64,000 nt of DNA from Candidatus Iainarchaeum sp. (GCA_026413945.1 JAOAJX010000003.1:21002-85001), one strand, 5' to 3'. Positions 38,207 to 48,170 are shown, counted from the stretch's first letter. Translations and numbers: made by a program. The notes: generated by a model from the letters alone, not told the origin.

Positions 38207-39437
38207 AGAAGAAGATTTTCTTAGAGAGCACTTTAGGCGCTTTTACGCTTCAAATGAGATAAAAAGCGTTCCAAGTGTTGAGATGCGTGAATTCGGCATA
38301 GGTGCTTTTGGAAAGAAAATAGCGAGGAGGCATATAAGTTTCTCCACAAATAAAGACCTTAATTTTTTCCTAAGGACTGAGGTTCCATTGTTCATATCGT
38401 GCTCAGCCGCTTACTATAAGGATCCAGCAGCAAGGCCTATGGAGAGCAAAGGCCTTATTGGTTCTGACCTAGTGTATGAGTTTGATGCATCTGATGTTGA
38501 TTCCGACTGCAAACAGAAGCATGATTTCTGGATGTGCGAAAAATGTGGGAAAACATATAAGTTTGTTGCAGATAATTGCGACAATTGTGGTGGAAAACTT
38601 AGTCAGTTCAAATTTCCGTGTGAAAAGTGCATTGGCGAGACAAAGAAACAAACATTCCGCCTTATAAATATTTTGGTTGACGAGCTCGGCTTCAGCAATA
38701 TCTACTTAAATTTCTCCGGCAATGCCGGTTATCACGTGCACGTTCGTGATGCCGGAATAAAAGGACTTTCTCAAGATGCCCGCTTGGCAATAGTTGATTA
38801 TCTTACAGGGGAAGGATTTTCTTTCGAGAAGAGCGGCTTTGATTTTGAAAACTTGCTTTGCCCAAAAATTAATGAAGCAAAAGGCCTTCGGAAAAGGATT
38901 TTGGATCGCATGATTTTTTTTGTGTGTGAAAGCAGCTCTGATTGGTTGTTCCAATTTGGCAGTATTTCTTTGAGCACAAGCCAAAAGCGTTCTGCAAAGG
39001 TATTTGTTAGAAATATTGTTGAGAACCGCCAAAAGGCAGTTTTGCAGATTCAGAGCGGAGTGCTTCCTTTATTTGGCTCTAAAAGCATAGCTGCTTCTTT
39101 CTGGAAGGCCATTGCCGAAAACTCCTTGAGGCTGGAATCTTTTCCAATAGATAGGCAAACATCAGCAGATATTTATAAAATTGTTAGGGTGCCGGATACT
39201 TTGCATGGCTCTACTGGCTTTATTGCAAAGACAATAAGCGTTGACTTACTCAATGATTTTGATCCTTTTGAGCATGCTTTGGCTTTTGGAAATGGCCAAA
39301 TAAAGGTTTTTATTAGTAAGGCACCAGAATTTAAAATACAAGGCGCCAAATTTGGCCCTTTTGAAAAAGAGGAAGTGCAGCTTCCAGAAAATGCTGCGAT
39401 TTACCTCTTAGCAAAAGGTGTTGGGAAATTAGCTTAG
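38193..39437 (+). CDS. priS: DNA primase small (catalytic) subunit with Zn ribbon
   Basis: REFG, DLVYEFD, FSGNAGYHVH, IVRVPDTLHGSTG; likely TTG start 38193. Confidence 0.94.
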   Translation: MAELREEDFLREHFRRFYASNEIKSVPSVEMREFGIGAFGKKIARRHISFSTNKDLNFFLRTEVPLFISCSAAYYKDPAARPMESKGLIGSDLVYEFDASDVDSDCKQKHDFWMCEKCGKTYKFVADNCDNCGGKLSQFKFPCEKCIGETKKQTFRLINILVDELGFSNIYLNFSGNAGYHVHVRDAGIKGLSQDARLAIVDYLTGEGFSFEKSGFDFENLLCPKINEAKGLRKRILDRMIFFVCESSSDWLFQFGSISLSTSQKRSAKVFVRNIVENRQKAVLQIQSGVLPLFGSKSIAASFWKAIAENSLRLESFPIDRQTSADIYKIVRVPDTLHGSTGFIAKTISVDLLNDFDPFEHALAFGNGQIKVFISKAPEFKIQGAKFGPFEKEEVQLPENAAIYLLAKGVGKLA

Positions 39438-39439
39438 GG

Positions 39440-39994
39440 GTGTTGCTTATAGATTTTGATGAGCTTCGTAGGATTCACAGGCAGGAAAAAAGCAGCCAGC
39501 AGCTTTCAGAGATCGGAGAAGATTTTATGGTTGAGCTTAAAGCATACCTTGAAGAGAAAAAGGAGGAATATGTTAAGCATTTATCTGCTGGCGAAACACC
39601 TAGCGAGGATTTTTTTAATGTGCAGCGCATGGCAAAAGAGATACTTGAAATAAGGCAGAAGAAGATAATAAAAAAAGCCTTCCACGCTGCAGTTAGTGAA
39701 GATGAATTTGAAGATGAAAAGCTTACTGGGGAAGAGAAAAAACTTTTCTGCAATATATGCAAAATCGTTTCTGAATATCAGAAGTCAATAGACAAGCTTT
39801 TCTACGCAGAATCAAAAAAGAGGAAAAAGGATAGCAATTTAAATACAATTTCAGTCCAAATTATAGAAGAAGTGCCTGCTTTTGTTGGGCCCAATATGAA
39901 AGAATTTGGCCCTTACAAAAAAGGGCAGGTTGTTGAACTTCCCGAGGATGTTGCTGATATTTTGCTTTCGAGAAAAATTGCTGTAAAGGAGTAG
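39440..39994 (+). CDS. GINS subunit (Gins15/51-type)
   Basis: EIRQKKII, LTGEEK, B-domain VPAFVGPNMKEFGPYKKG; follows priS. Confidence 0.88.
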   Translation: MLLIDFDELRRIHRQEKSSQQLSEIGEDFMVELKAYLEEKKEEYVKHLSAGETPSEDFFNVQRMAKEILEIRQKKIIKKAFHAAVSEDEFEDEKLTGEEKKLFCNICKIVSEYQKSIDKLFYAESKKRKKDSNLNTISVQIIEEVPAFVGPNMKEFGPYKKGQVVELPEDVADILLSRKIAVKE

Positions 39995-40191
39995 TGATTT
40001 TTGTGACTGAATACGCGCAAAAAAAACATGCGCCTTTTTGGCGAATAAAATGTAATGCTTGTGGAAACGAGCAGGTTGTTTACTCCTGTGCTACCAGAAA
40101 AATAAAGTGCAATGTATGTAGTGCAATCTTAGCTGAAAGCACAGCACACAGAATAAAACTTACCGAAGCAAAAAAGCTTAGGGACTATTAG
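39994..40191 (+). CDS. rps27e: 30S ribosomal protein S27e
   Basis: F.RIKC..CGNEQVVYS....IKC..C...LA. Confidence 0.93.
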   Translation: MIFVTEYAQKKHAPFWRIKCNACGNEQVVYSCATRKIKCNVCSAILAESTAHRIKLTEAKKLRDY

Positions 40192-40222
40192 GTAGAACGG
40201 CAATAGTAAATGTGGTGATTCT

Positions 40223-40987
40223 TTGGATAAATGGCCCGAGCCAAATGAAATTGTAGTAATAAAAATAACTAAAGTTTTGCCTTATGGGGCTTTTGCTGAT
40301 CTCTTAGACTATCCAAATGTCCAGGGCTTTGTGCACATTTCACAAGTTGCTTCGCGCTGGATAAAGAACATAAGAAATCATGTAAGGCCAAATCAGCTAA
40401 GGGCTGCACAAGTGATAAGGGCTGACAAAGAAAAGCTTCAAGTAGACCTTTCTTTGGTAAAAGTGTCTGAATCACAACAAAAGGCCAAAATTGAAGAATG
40501 GGAGCAGTCGAAAAGAGCGAAAAAGATACTTGAAATATTTGCAAAGCAGAGAAAAATGAGTTTTGATATTGCGTGGAAAAAAATAGCAGAACCCCTCGAA
40601 TCGAGGCACGGAAGCCTAATGAATGCCTTTCAAGAGGCACTTATCACAGGGAAAAGCGCACTTGAAGGCATACCCGAAGAGCTTGTCGAACCATTTGCTG
40701 AGCATATTAAAAAAAGCATAACCGTGCCAGAAAAAGAAGTTTCAAAAGTTGTAAAAATAAAGAGCTATGAAGCTGATGCTATATTAAAAATAAAGAATGC
40801 ATTTAGAGAGTTGCTTAAACAAAAAGAATACTCAAAGATAAAGGCTACATATATTGGTGGTGGCAAATATCATCTTTCCAGTAAGGCCCCAGATTACAAG
40901 AGCGCAGATAAAGTGCTTTCATCTTTTGCGGAGGAACTAATAAAGAGCATCAAAAAGAATGGTGGCACAGCTTCTATAGAGAAATAA
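40223..40987 (+). CDS. eif2a: Translation initiation factor 2 alpha subunit
   Basis: WPEPNE, S1 domain YGAF..L..Y...GFVHISQVASRWIKNIR, APDYK. Confidence 0.95.
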   Translation: MDKWPEPNEIVVIKITKVLPYGAFADLLDYPNVQGFVHISQVASRWIKNIRNHVRPNQLRAAQVIRADKEKLQVDLSLVKVSESQQKAKIEEWEQSKRAKKILEIFAKQRKMSFDIAWKKIAEPLESRHGSLMNAFQEALITGKSALEGIPEELVEPFAEHIKKSITVPEKEVSKVVKIKSYEADAILKIKNAFRELLKQKEYSKIKATYIGGGKYHLSSKAPDYKSADKVLSSFAEELIKSIKKNGGTASIEK

Positions 40988-41000
40988 CTAAGGTTTTATT

Positions 41001-41786
41001 ATGAACACCAAGGTTGAGTTTGTCTGGAAGAAAAGAAAACTAACTGATGCTGTCCTTTTCACAGGTTTGCCTGGCATAGGGCTTGTTGGCAAAATAGCGA
41101 CTGACTATGCGTTAAAAAAGCTCGGTGCTGAAAAAATAGCCAATGTTTATTCCGATTCTTTTCCACCAAGTGTTTATATAAACAACGGAATAGCTGATCT
41201 TATAAAAGACGAAATTTTCCTTTACACGATGAAGAAACGCGACTTCTTGTTTTTGGCTGGGCCTGTGCAACCAGCTTTAGATCCAAGGATAACAAATGTT
41301 CAAGATCATTATGAATTTGCAGAAGCAATAGTAAAAACCGCAAAGGACCTCGGTGTTAAAGAAGTTTATACGTTGGCTGGCATTAACATAGGCGATGCAA
41401 GACTTAAGCACGAACCAAAAGTAGTGGTTGCAGCCACTGATAAGAAGACGCTTGAAAGCTTTAAGAAGCTCGGCGCAAAGACAGGCATGAACAATGGCTT
41501 AGTATCAGGTGCCGCTGGGCTTATATTGGGTATTGCTGCTAAAAATGGCATGAAAGGCGCTTGCCTAATGGGGGAAACTAGTAGTAAGCTTATTTATGGA
41601 GACCATGGCGCAGCGGAGAAGCTTCTTGAACTACTTATAAAGCGATATGGCTTCAAGATAGATATGAAAGAAATCGCAAAAGAGTCTAAAAGCATTAATA
41701 CTGCCTTCAAGCAAATAATGAATGAGCTTTCAGCAAAAAGTGTTGGTGAAACTGAGAGAGAAGAGAATCCAACCTATGTAAGGTGA
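41001..41786 (+). CDS. PAC2 family proteasome assembly chaperone
   Basis: GLPGIGLVGKIA, SDSFPP, GACLMGET, C-terminal TYVR. Confidence 0.92.
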   Translation: MNTKVEFVWKKRKLTDAVLFTGLPGIGLVGKIATDYALKKLGAEKIANVYSDSFPPSVYINNGIADLIKDEIFLYTMKKRDFLFLAGPVQPALDPRITNVQDHYEFAEAIVKTAKDLGVKEVYTLAGINIGDARLKHEPKVVVAATDKKTLESFKKLGAKTGMNNGLVSGAAGLILGIAAKNGMKGACLMGETSSKLIYGDHGAAEKLLELLIKRYGFKIDMKEIAKESKSINTAFKQIMNELSAKSVGETEREENPTYVR

Positions 41787-41794
41787 AAGATACT

Positions 41795-43063
41795 TTAAAA
41801 TTCTGCAAGTGTTTTTTGGCCCTTAAAAGTGCTGTTGCACTCCAGAACATCTCTTAACTCCAGTTTTTTCAGTTCAAGCTCCTCTTGTGAGGCACAAATT
41901 ATTGGTTCTCCGTACTTTCCACCACCGCCGCTTATGTAAAGCACATTTCCTTGCCTAAAGGCACCAATATGCCTTGCAACCTTTTCATCAATTTTCTGTA
42001 TCTCTGAAAGCTCTACATCTAAAAGCACTTTTATCTCAGAACCGAATTTACTCACAAGCTCATGCCATGTTGATTGCACAGCTTCACTATTTATATCCTT
42101 TGCTTTTGTTGCCATTAATATTATTTCAGCAAGCGGTATTATGTGCAAATATGGTGCTCTAAATTCAGGGTGTACTTCTTCCTTGAAGTCTGCAAGCTCC
42201 ATTATCCTATCCCTAACACCTTTTTTTATCGTGCCTTTGCATCTTGGGCATCTCCAATTTAAGCCTTTAGCGCTTTCAATGGAGTACTTTGAGTAGCACC
42301 TGTTGCATGCTGTGCAATGATATTTTCCTTCTCTCGGGTCAAGGCCAACATTAAGCTTTATCCTTTCGCGCTCTTCCATGAAAACTTTTTTGAGGTCTTC
42401 AAAGCAAGGTTTTTTTAGCTCGATCCTCGTGAATTCTCTGCCAAGGCGGTGAGGCCATGGTGAATGGGCATCGCTGCATGTGATAAAAGCTAAACCATGG
42501 TTTCCTGAAATAAGATCTGCAAAATATGAATCAGCACTGAGGCCTAGCTCCATGAAGAAAACATTTTTTACTTGTGCCCCATAGCAGCTTTGTAGTGAAC
42601 TGAAATGAGAATACATGGAATAGTAAGGTGTGAACGCATGTGCCGGCCCTATTATTCCATTGGCTTCTTCTATAATACAAGCAAGTTTCTCTGCATTTAA
42701 ACTAATGGAAGGCCTTCCAAATCCATAGCCATCGAGTCTTCCATAAGAAGAGAGCTTTTTTCTTAAAATCTCCGCGCTTTCAAAGTTTGGAAGAAAAAAT
42801 AGGTGGTGGACATTTGAAACATCGTTTATTTCACCGCCAAGTATATAAAAGACATCAATTTTTTTGTCTCTAAAGCAGCCGTTTTCTTCGCAAAGGTTTT
42901 CCTTAAGGTGCCTAAGCCATTCTTTGTTAAGTATATCTCCACTTGCAATTATGTCAAGGCCTTTTAGTTTCGCTTGCATTGAAATCTCAGGAATAAGCAT
43001 ATTTTTGCTTACGCCACCAGAATATGAGCCATGTATATGCAAATCGCAATCATACAATTTCAT
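41795..43063 (-). CDS. Endonuclease Q (TIGR00375, PHP domain + Zn finger)
   Basis: DLHIHGSYS, PAHAFTP, ELGLSAD, SDAHSP..LGRE, GKYHCTAC..CPRC, C-terminal PIP-like QKTLAEF. Confidence 0.92.
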   Translation of the reverse strand: MKLYDCDLHIHGSYSGGVSKNMLIPEISMQAKLKGLDIIASGDILNKEWLRHLKENLCEENGCFRDKKIDVFYILGGEINDVSNVHHLFFLPNFESAEILRKKLSSYGRLDGYGFGRPSISLNAEKLACIIEEANGIIGPAHAFTPYYSMYSHFSSLQSCYGAQVKNVFFMELGLSADSYFADLISGNHGLAFITCSDAHSPWPHRLGREFTRIELKKPCFEDLKKVFMEERERIKLNVGLDPREGKYHCTACNRCYSKYSIESAKGLNWRCPRCKGTIKKGVRDRIMELADFKEEVHPEFRAPYLHIIPLAEIILMATKAKDINSEAVQSTWHELVSKFGSEIKVLLDVELSEIQKIDEKVARHIGAFRQGNVLYISGGGGKYGEPIICASQEELELKKLELRDVLECNSTFKGQKTLAEF

Positions 43064-43135
43064 TAAACCACACAAAGACTAATTAATATGAATGTATAAA
43101 AAAGTATTATTAAAAGAATCAGGCAGCACATCTTT

Positions 43136-44170
43136 ATGAGAGAGGCAAAATTTTATGAAAAGCTCCACGGCAAAAAAATAAAATGCACTGCTTGTGCAAG
43201 ATACTGCACAATAAGCCCAGAAAAAACAGGCTTTTGCCGTGTTAGGAAAAATGTTAACGGCAAACTTTACTCCCTGGTTTACAACAAAGCGCTTACCCAA
43301 ACTGCAGATCCTATTGAAAAAAAGCCAATATACAATTTTATGCCAGCAACTTATTGCAGCAGCATAAGTACTTATGGTTGTAATTTCAAATGCCTTTTCT
43401 GCCAGAATTTTAGCCTTTCGCAAGAGTTTTTAGAAGAAGATATTCAAGAGGTTGGAGAAACAACCCCCGAAGAAATTGTGGAAAACACTATTGCAAGAGA
43501 CCTTGATGGAATTTCTTATACTTATGTTGAGCCAACTGTATTTATTGAATATGCGCTTGATATAATGAAAATTGCTAAAAAACAGGGGCTTTATAATGTA
43601 TGGGTGAGCAATGGCTATATGAGCAAAGAATCACTTAAAGAGCTTTGCAAGTATGTTGATGCTGCAAACATTGATCTCAAAGGAGATGCGGACTTTTACA
43701 AAAAGCTGTGTGGAAATGCAGAGCTGGGTGTAGTTAAAAGTAATATTGAAGCTCTTTTTAAGGCAAAAGTGCACGTTGAGGTTACAAATCTCATCATTCC
43801 AGGCATTAACGACTCAAAACCATGGCTTCATGACGTCTGCTCATTTGTCTCTGCTCTTAGCAAAGATATGCCTTTGCACTTTTCAAGGTTCTTCCCGCAT
43901 TATAAAATGAGTAACATAAGGCCAACACCACTTGAAACCCTTGCACAAGCTTATGACATTGCAAAATCCCTTGGGCTTAACTATGTTTACATTGGAAATA
44001 TTGGCTCAGAACAAAATACTTTTTGCCCAAAGTGCAAAGAAATAGCAATAAGAAGAGCAGGCTACAATGTTAATATTGTTGGCTTGAGTGAAAAAGGCCT
44101 TTGCACTAACTGTGGCCACAACTTAGGCATTAAAATGCCAAAAAAAGCTAAAAAATGCCAAAGAATTTAA
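43136..44170 (+). CDS. amrS: AmmeMemoRadiSam system radical SAM enzyme
   Basis: C..C...C..G.C.VR.N, DPIEKKP, CNFKCLFCQN, HFSRFFPHYKM. Confidence 0.92.
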   Translation: MREAKFYEKLHGKKIKCTACARYCTISPEKTGFCRVRKNVNGKLYSLVYNKALTQTADPIEKKPIYNFMPATYCSSISTYGCNFKCLFCQNFSLSQEFLEEDIQEVGETTPEEIVENTIARDLDGISYTYVEPTVFIEYALDIMKIAKKQGLYNVWVSNGYMSKESLKELCKYVDAANIDLKGDADFYKKLCGNAELGVVKSNIEALFKAKVHVEVTNLIIPGINDSKPWLHDVCSFVSALSKDMPLHFSRFFPHYKMSNIRPTPLETLAQAYDIAKSLGLNYVYIGNIGSEQNTFCPKCKEIAIRRAGYNVNIVGLSEKGLCTNCGHNLGIKMPKKAKKCQRI

Positions 44171-44510
44171 GCACAAGCATTGCTCCTAAGCCAGCAAGGC
44201 CAAAAATAACACTAACAATAAGGCCTTCAATTAAAGGAAGCTCTATGCCCACTGCGAATTTGAGTATTGCCCAGCCAATAAGCCCTAAAAGAGAGTTTAT
44301 TATTACTTTTTTTATAAAGAAAATTATAGCAACAGCAACAACTATTAGCAATATTCCAATTGCAAGTATTTCCGGCTTTCCAGCCAGGCTACCTGCAATT
44401 TCACTCAAATGCTGCGTTGCTAAAGACCCTGCTTCAGAAATATCCTTTGCCTTATTTGATACTGTTGCGCTCAAATCTAGTAGGATTGAGCAAAAAATGG
44501 CGCTATTCAT
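44148..44510 (-). CDS. Small membrane protein (BofA-like)
   Basis: Three hydrophobic helices, INSLLGL..., FGLAG. Confidence 0.6.
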   Translation of the reverse strand: MNSAIFCSILLDLSATVSNKAKDISEAGSLATQHLSEIAGSLAGKPEILAIGILLIVVAVAIIFFIKKVIINSLLGLIGWAILKFAVGIELPLIEGLIVSVIFGLAGLGAMLVLKFFGIF

Positions 44511-44575
44511 ATATGAAAACTACTAAGCAAGTGTTTTAAAGTGTTTTCAACGCTACTTTTATGTGGTGGTTTTTT

Positions 44576-45217
44576 GTGGCTCTCTTAAGTTGGCTTCAAA
44601 TAAAAATAGCTAAAGAGCTTATCGAAAGCCCTATGAGCTTACAAGAGCTTTCAAAAGCGATTGGTGAAAACCCATTAGATATTGAAAAAGCTCTTAAGGA
44701 TATGGTTGCACTGAAACTTGTTACTGAAAAATCAGATATGTTTTACATTTCAGAGGAAATAAAAAAGGAGCTTCTTAATAAGAGAGAGTTAACTCAACAG
44801 GAAAAACCAAAAACTGAGATTCAGGCATACATTGAGGTAAAAGGGCTTAATAAAAAAGCTGCTTTGAAGCAGATGAAAGAAATTGAAAAGGCAATTAAGG
44901 CACAAAATGCCTTTGTCTTGTATTCAAGCAATATTATTGAGCCAGAAAAGCAAGGTGACTTTTACATAGGGCATCTTGATATTACCATTGGATTTAAAAG
45001 CCTAACTTCTTTGGTCCAGTTCATGTATCTCTATGGCCCAAGCGTTGTTGAAGTGATAAAGCCACCCAAAGCAGAGTTTACAGCTTTTGACCTTCAAGAG
45101 GCTCTAAATCAGATGGCTGAATTTATATTCAAATACAATGTTTATCTCGAGAAAAACCTCAGGAAGGCAGACATAGAGCGCTTTTATGCCTCGCTTTTAC
45201 AAAAGCAGAATTTTTAA
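44576..45217 (+). CDS. Hypothetical protein with N-terminal winged-HTH
   Basis: PMSLQELSKAIG....IEKALKDMVALKLV; C-domain MYLYGPSVVEVIKP; likely GTG start after GGTGG. Confidence 0.65.
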   Translation: MALLSWLQIKIAKELIESPMSLQELSKAIGENPLDIEKALKDMVALKLVTEKSDMFYISEEIKKELLNKRELTQQEKPKTEIQAYIEVKGLNKKAALKQMKEIEKAIKAQNAFVLYSSNIIEPEKQGDFYIGHLDITIGFKSLTSLVQFMYLYGPSVVEVIKPPKAEFTAFDLQEALNQMAEFIFKYNVYLEKNLRKADIERFYASLLQKQNF

Positions 45218-45326
45218 TTTGATCAGAAAGAACGGATCGGTTTCGCAAATTGACGAAACCAATTTCAACAATATATAGAATTTTATGCCCTAATTTGAGG
45301 CAAAAATCTTCTTTTTTGGGCATAAA

Positions 45327-45344
45327 GCGAAAGATATTTAAATA
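45327..45344 (+). promoter_or_regulatory. BRE/TATA promoter of the S-layer gene
   Basis: GCGAAAGATA followed by TTTAAATA (45337-45344), about 23 nt before a 5'UTR hairpin. Confidence 0.7.
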
Positions 45345-45366
45345 AAGCTTAGCATACTAACAATAA

Positions 45367-45398
45367 AGCCTTCTCCAAATAACCTTTGAGAGAGGGCT
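45367..45398 (+). promoter_or_regulatory. 5'UTR stem-loop of the S-layer mRNA
   Basis: AGCCTTCTC-CAAA...TTTG-A-GAGAGGGCT pairs with one G-U and one bulge. Confidence 0.65.
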
Positions 45399-45427
45399 AA
45401 ATAAACTAAGGTGAGGTGAAAAAAGCT

Positions 45428-48121
45428 ATGAAAAAAATGAATGTAAAGAGACTTGCGGCTTTGGGTGCTGGAATAGCACTGCTTGGAACTGCTTTGGCAC
45501 CGGTTGCTTCAGCGATTTCTCTGACAAGAAGCGATGTTATCAATGCAAACGGCGCTCCGGTTTATGACATTGTTGTCGGTGCAAAAGCAAGCAGCGACGC
45601 ACTCTGGGCAGGAAACATAGCTGCAAAGTTAGCACAGCTTGCATACACAGACAGCGCTGTGACATGCACAGTTGATAGGAGTACAATAGGTGCCGGTGGG
45701 CAAGAAGTAAAACCACAAGCAACAGTATCAGGCCTCAACGTTGAGCTCGTAATTGGCGGCGAAACAACATATGGCGAAGGTACAGCATACATTTATGATG
45801 ACAGTTATTTGAACTCAACAGCTGCTGAACTAGACGCTCCAATAGAGCTTGGAAACTCTAAGATTAAAAGCCTTAAGAACGAGTCATGGGGATATACATA
45901 TAATGGAGCTAACTATTCCCAGACAGTTAGAGAGTTCATTGTTGTGAACCCAGACGCAAAGTTTGAGACAAACCGCGAAGTAAAGGATTTGGTGCTCTAC
46001 ATGCCAAAAGCAGGCGACTTCACTTACAGAGTAACTCTTAGCGGTGGTGTTCCTTTAGATTTCAACAAAACAAATAAATACAATATAACAGTGCCACTAT
46101 TCGGAAAGAAGTATAGTGTCTTGAAGACAAATGCGGATGGAACAGAGCTTACCTTGATAGACGAGGCTGCAAAGCGCACAATAGACGCTGGACAGACAAT
46201 AACCGACTTGGTTGGAAAAGGAAGTTACAAAGGCAAATCTCTATCTGTGCGGTTTGTATCGCTAACAATGAGCAAGTATCTTGGTGGAGATACTTACTAT
46301 ACAGGAAAATTCCAGTTGCTTGACCCTGAAGGCAATGTCATTGCAACAGAAGACAAAGTTGAAGAAGGCGAGTTCCTTGAGCAAGTTTTCTACGTAAATG
46401 GCGAATATCCGTTAGAAACATCAATTTACGTCGATACTTTGTTCAAGCAGGACGTTGACAACGCCAACAAAGCAACTATAACTGTTGGTACAAACACAGT
46501 TAAGCTCAAGGACGGCGAGAAATATCCTTATGATGAAAGAGTTACTTCCTCAAGCGAAAAATACTGGCTTGCAAAGCTATTTAAAGGTACTGGGACAGTC
46601 GGCGGTACCTCACAGGATGTAATAAACAAGATTGAAATTTACAACAATGCGGTTGAAGGCTACAGCAAATGGGACAGGAAAATGCCAATATACGCAAAGA
46701 AGGATACTTTGACAGGAAAAGGCGACAAGAGCGAAGCTATCTTCCTCAACGGCGAACCAAGCACAGCTTTAGGCTATGGCTTTGCCAAAGTAGTATTCCA
46801 GGGCTTCAAGAGCGAAACAATGACAGAGCTCAAGATAAAAGATCACAAGATTTACTATGTAGACGAAGGAGATACCCAGCATGAGATTCCGTTGTACATA
46901 AGCGGCCTTGACAGTACAACAGAGGAATCATTTAACTTTGATAAGCTTGGAACCCAGAAGTATTACTTCAGAATGAGACTTGCTGATGACTATGAGTTAG
47001 GTTGTGAGGACGATGATTGCCAAGGCTGCTTCCAGCTTTCAGACGAGCCATTCAGAAACACTGATTTTGACCTTGATTGTGATAGCCCAGGATATTATCC
47101 ATTCTATGCTGACGATGTAGGAGAGGGCCCTCTTGCCCTTACAGGCGACAACGGCATGGACTATGATTATGAATACTACTACTCCAGCACAGACAACGCA
47201 ATTTGGTTCCTCTTTGCGCCTCAAAAGCTTGAAGGAAAAGGCGGCTATAAGCTCGAGTTTTTAGGTACAGACACAACAGAAGATCTCGGAATCGATAGTG
47301 AATATTACCTGCCAAACGAGTACGAGCTCGGTGGTGGCAAAAGCGGTGAGTATTACACAGCAGTCTTTGAGCTAACAGAACCTACTGGTGGCGGTAGCGG
47401 TAAAATATACATAGATACCGAAGACGGGAGCTTGGCGCCTTTCGGAAATACAAATTACAGCGCAAGCGGATATGAGTTTAAGTATAAGCACCTGGGCACG
47501 GATCAAGAGTTGAACCTAACACAGTACCAGGCATCTACAAATGTGCAGACAGCTTACTCAGACTACGGCAGCAAGTACGACATAAGTCAGGATTACTTCC
47601 AGGCATGGATTCCAGATAAAAGACGCTACATAAGGTACGATATAATAGGGCCTGCTGCTTCAGGGTCAACAATAGTTGGTGGCGAGACACTGCTTCTTAA
47701 CGAAGGCGAGGAGAAAGTTACAAGCGCAGGTACAAGGATTACAGCGAAAAAGATAAACTACAATGTCTCAGTTACACCAACAGTGTGCCCAGCCGGCGGT
47801 GTTGTAATAGAGAACATAAGAGCAACACCAAGCGTCAGCACAGCCAAGAGGATTGTGCCTGTTGGACAGCTTGTCTTCACACACGACGCCGCACTTAGCG
47901 GAAAGCCAAAGATAATTATAGGTGGCTGGAAAGTCAACAGGTTTGCAAAAGACATAACTCTCAGCGACGGCAAGAAGATTACTGAGAGATTAACAGCTAA
48001 AGGCGACTACGTAGTGGACAAGCTTAATGACGGCACCATAATAGTTGCTGGATACACGGCAGCAGACACAGAAGCAGCAGCAAGGGAGCTTATAAGAGAG
48101 CTCGACAGGCTGTTGGGCTAA
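45428..48121 (+). CDS. S-layer protein
   Basis: MKKMNVKRLAALGAGIALLG signal, IVVGAKA..D, IIIGGWKVN, IVAGYTAADTEAAA C-terminus; GAGGTGA SD; strong promoter and terminator; multiple N-X-S/T sequons. Confidence 0.9.
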   Translation: MKKMNVKRLAALGAGIALLGTALAPVASAISLTRSDVINANGAPVYDIVVGAKASSDALWAGNIAAKLAQLAYTDSAVTCTVDRSTIGAGGQEVKPQATVSGLNVELVIGGETTYGEGTAYIYDDSYLNSTAAELDAPIELGNSKIKSLKNESWGYTYNGANYSQTVREFIVVNPDAKFETNREVKDLVLYMPKAGDFTYRVTLSGGVPLDFNKTNKYNITVPLFGKKYSVLKTNADGTELTLIDEAAKRTIDAGQTITDLVGKGSYKGKSLSVRFVSLTMSKYLGGDTYYTGKFQLLDPEGNVIATEDKVEEGEFLEQVFYVNGEYPLETSIYVDTLFKQDVDNANKATITVGTNTVKLKDGEKYPYDERVTSSSEKYWLAKLFKGTGTVGGTSQDVINKIEIYNNAVEGYSKWDRKMPIYAKKDTLTGKGDKSEAIFLNGEPSTALGYGFAKVVFQGFKSETMTELKIKDHKIYYVDEGDTQHEIPLYISGLDSTTEESFNFDKLGTQKYYFRMRLADDYELGCEDDDCQGCFQLSDEPFRNTDFDLDCDSPGYYPFYADDVGEGPLALTGDNGMDYDYEYYYSSTDNAIWFLFAPQKLEGKGGYKLEFLGTDTTEDLGIDSEYYLPNEYELGGGKSGEYYTAVFELTEPTGGGSGKIYIDTEDGSLAPFGNTNYSASGYEFKYKHLGTDQELNLTQYQASTNVQTAYSDYGSKYDISQDYFQAWIPDKRRYIRYDIIGPAASGSTIVGGETLLLNEGEEKVTSAGTRITAKKINYNVSVTPTVCPAGGVVIENIRATPSVSTAKRIVPVGQLVFTHDAALSGKPKIIIGGWKVNRFAKDITLSDGKKITERLTAKGDYVVDKLNDGTIIVAGYTAADTEAAARELIRELDRLLG

Positions 48122-48126
48122 ACAGA

Positions 48127-48170
48127 AAAGAAAGGCAAAACCTTTCTTTCTTTTTTCTTTTTTTATTTTT
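48127..48170 (+). terminator. Hairpin plus T-tract terminator after the S-layer gene
   Basis: AAAGAAAGG-caaaa-CCTTTCTTT 9-bp stem followed by long T runs. Confidence 0.8.
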
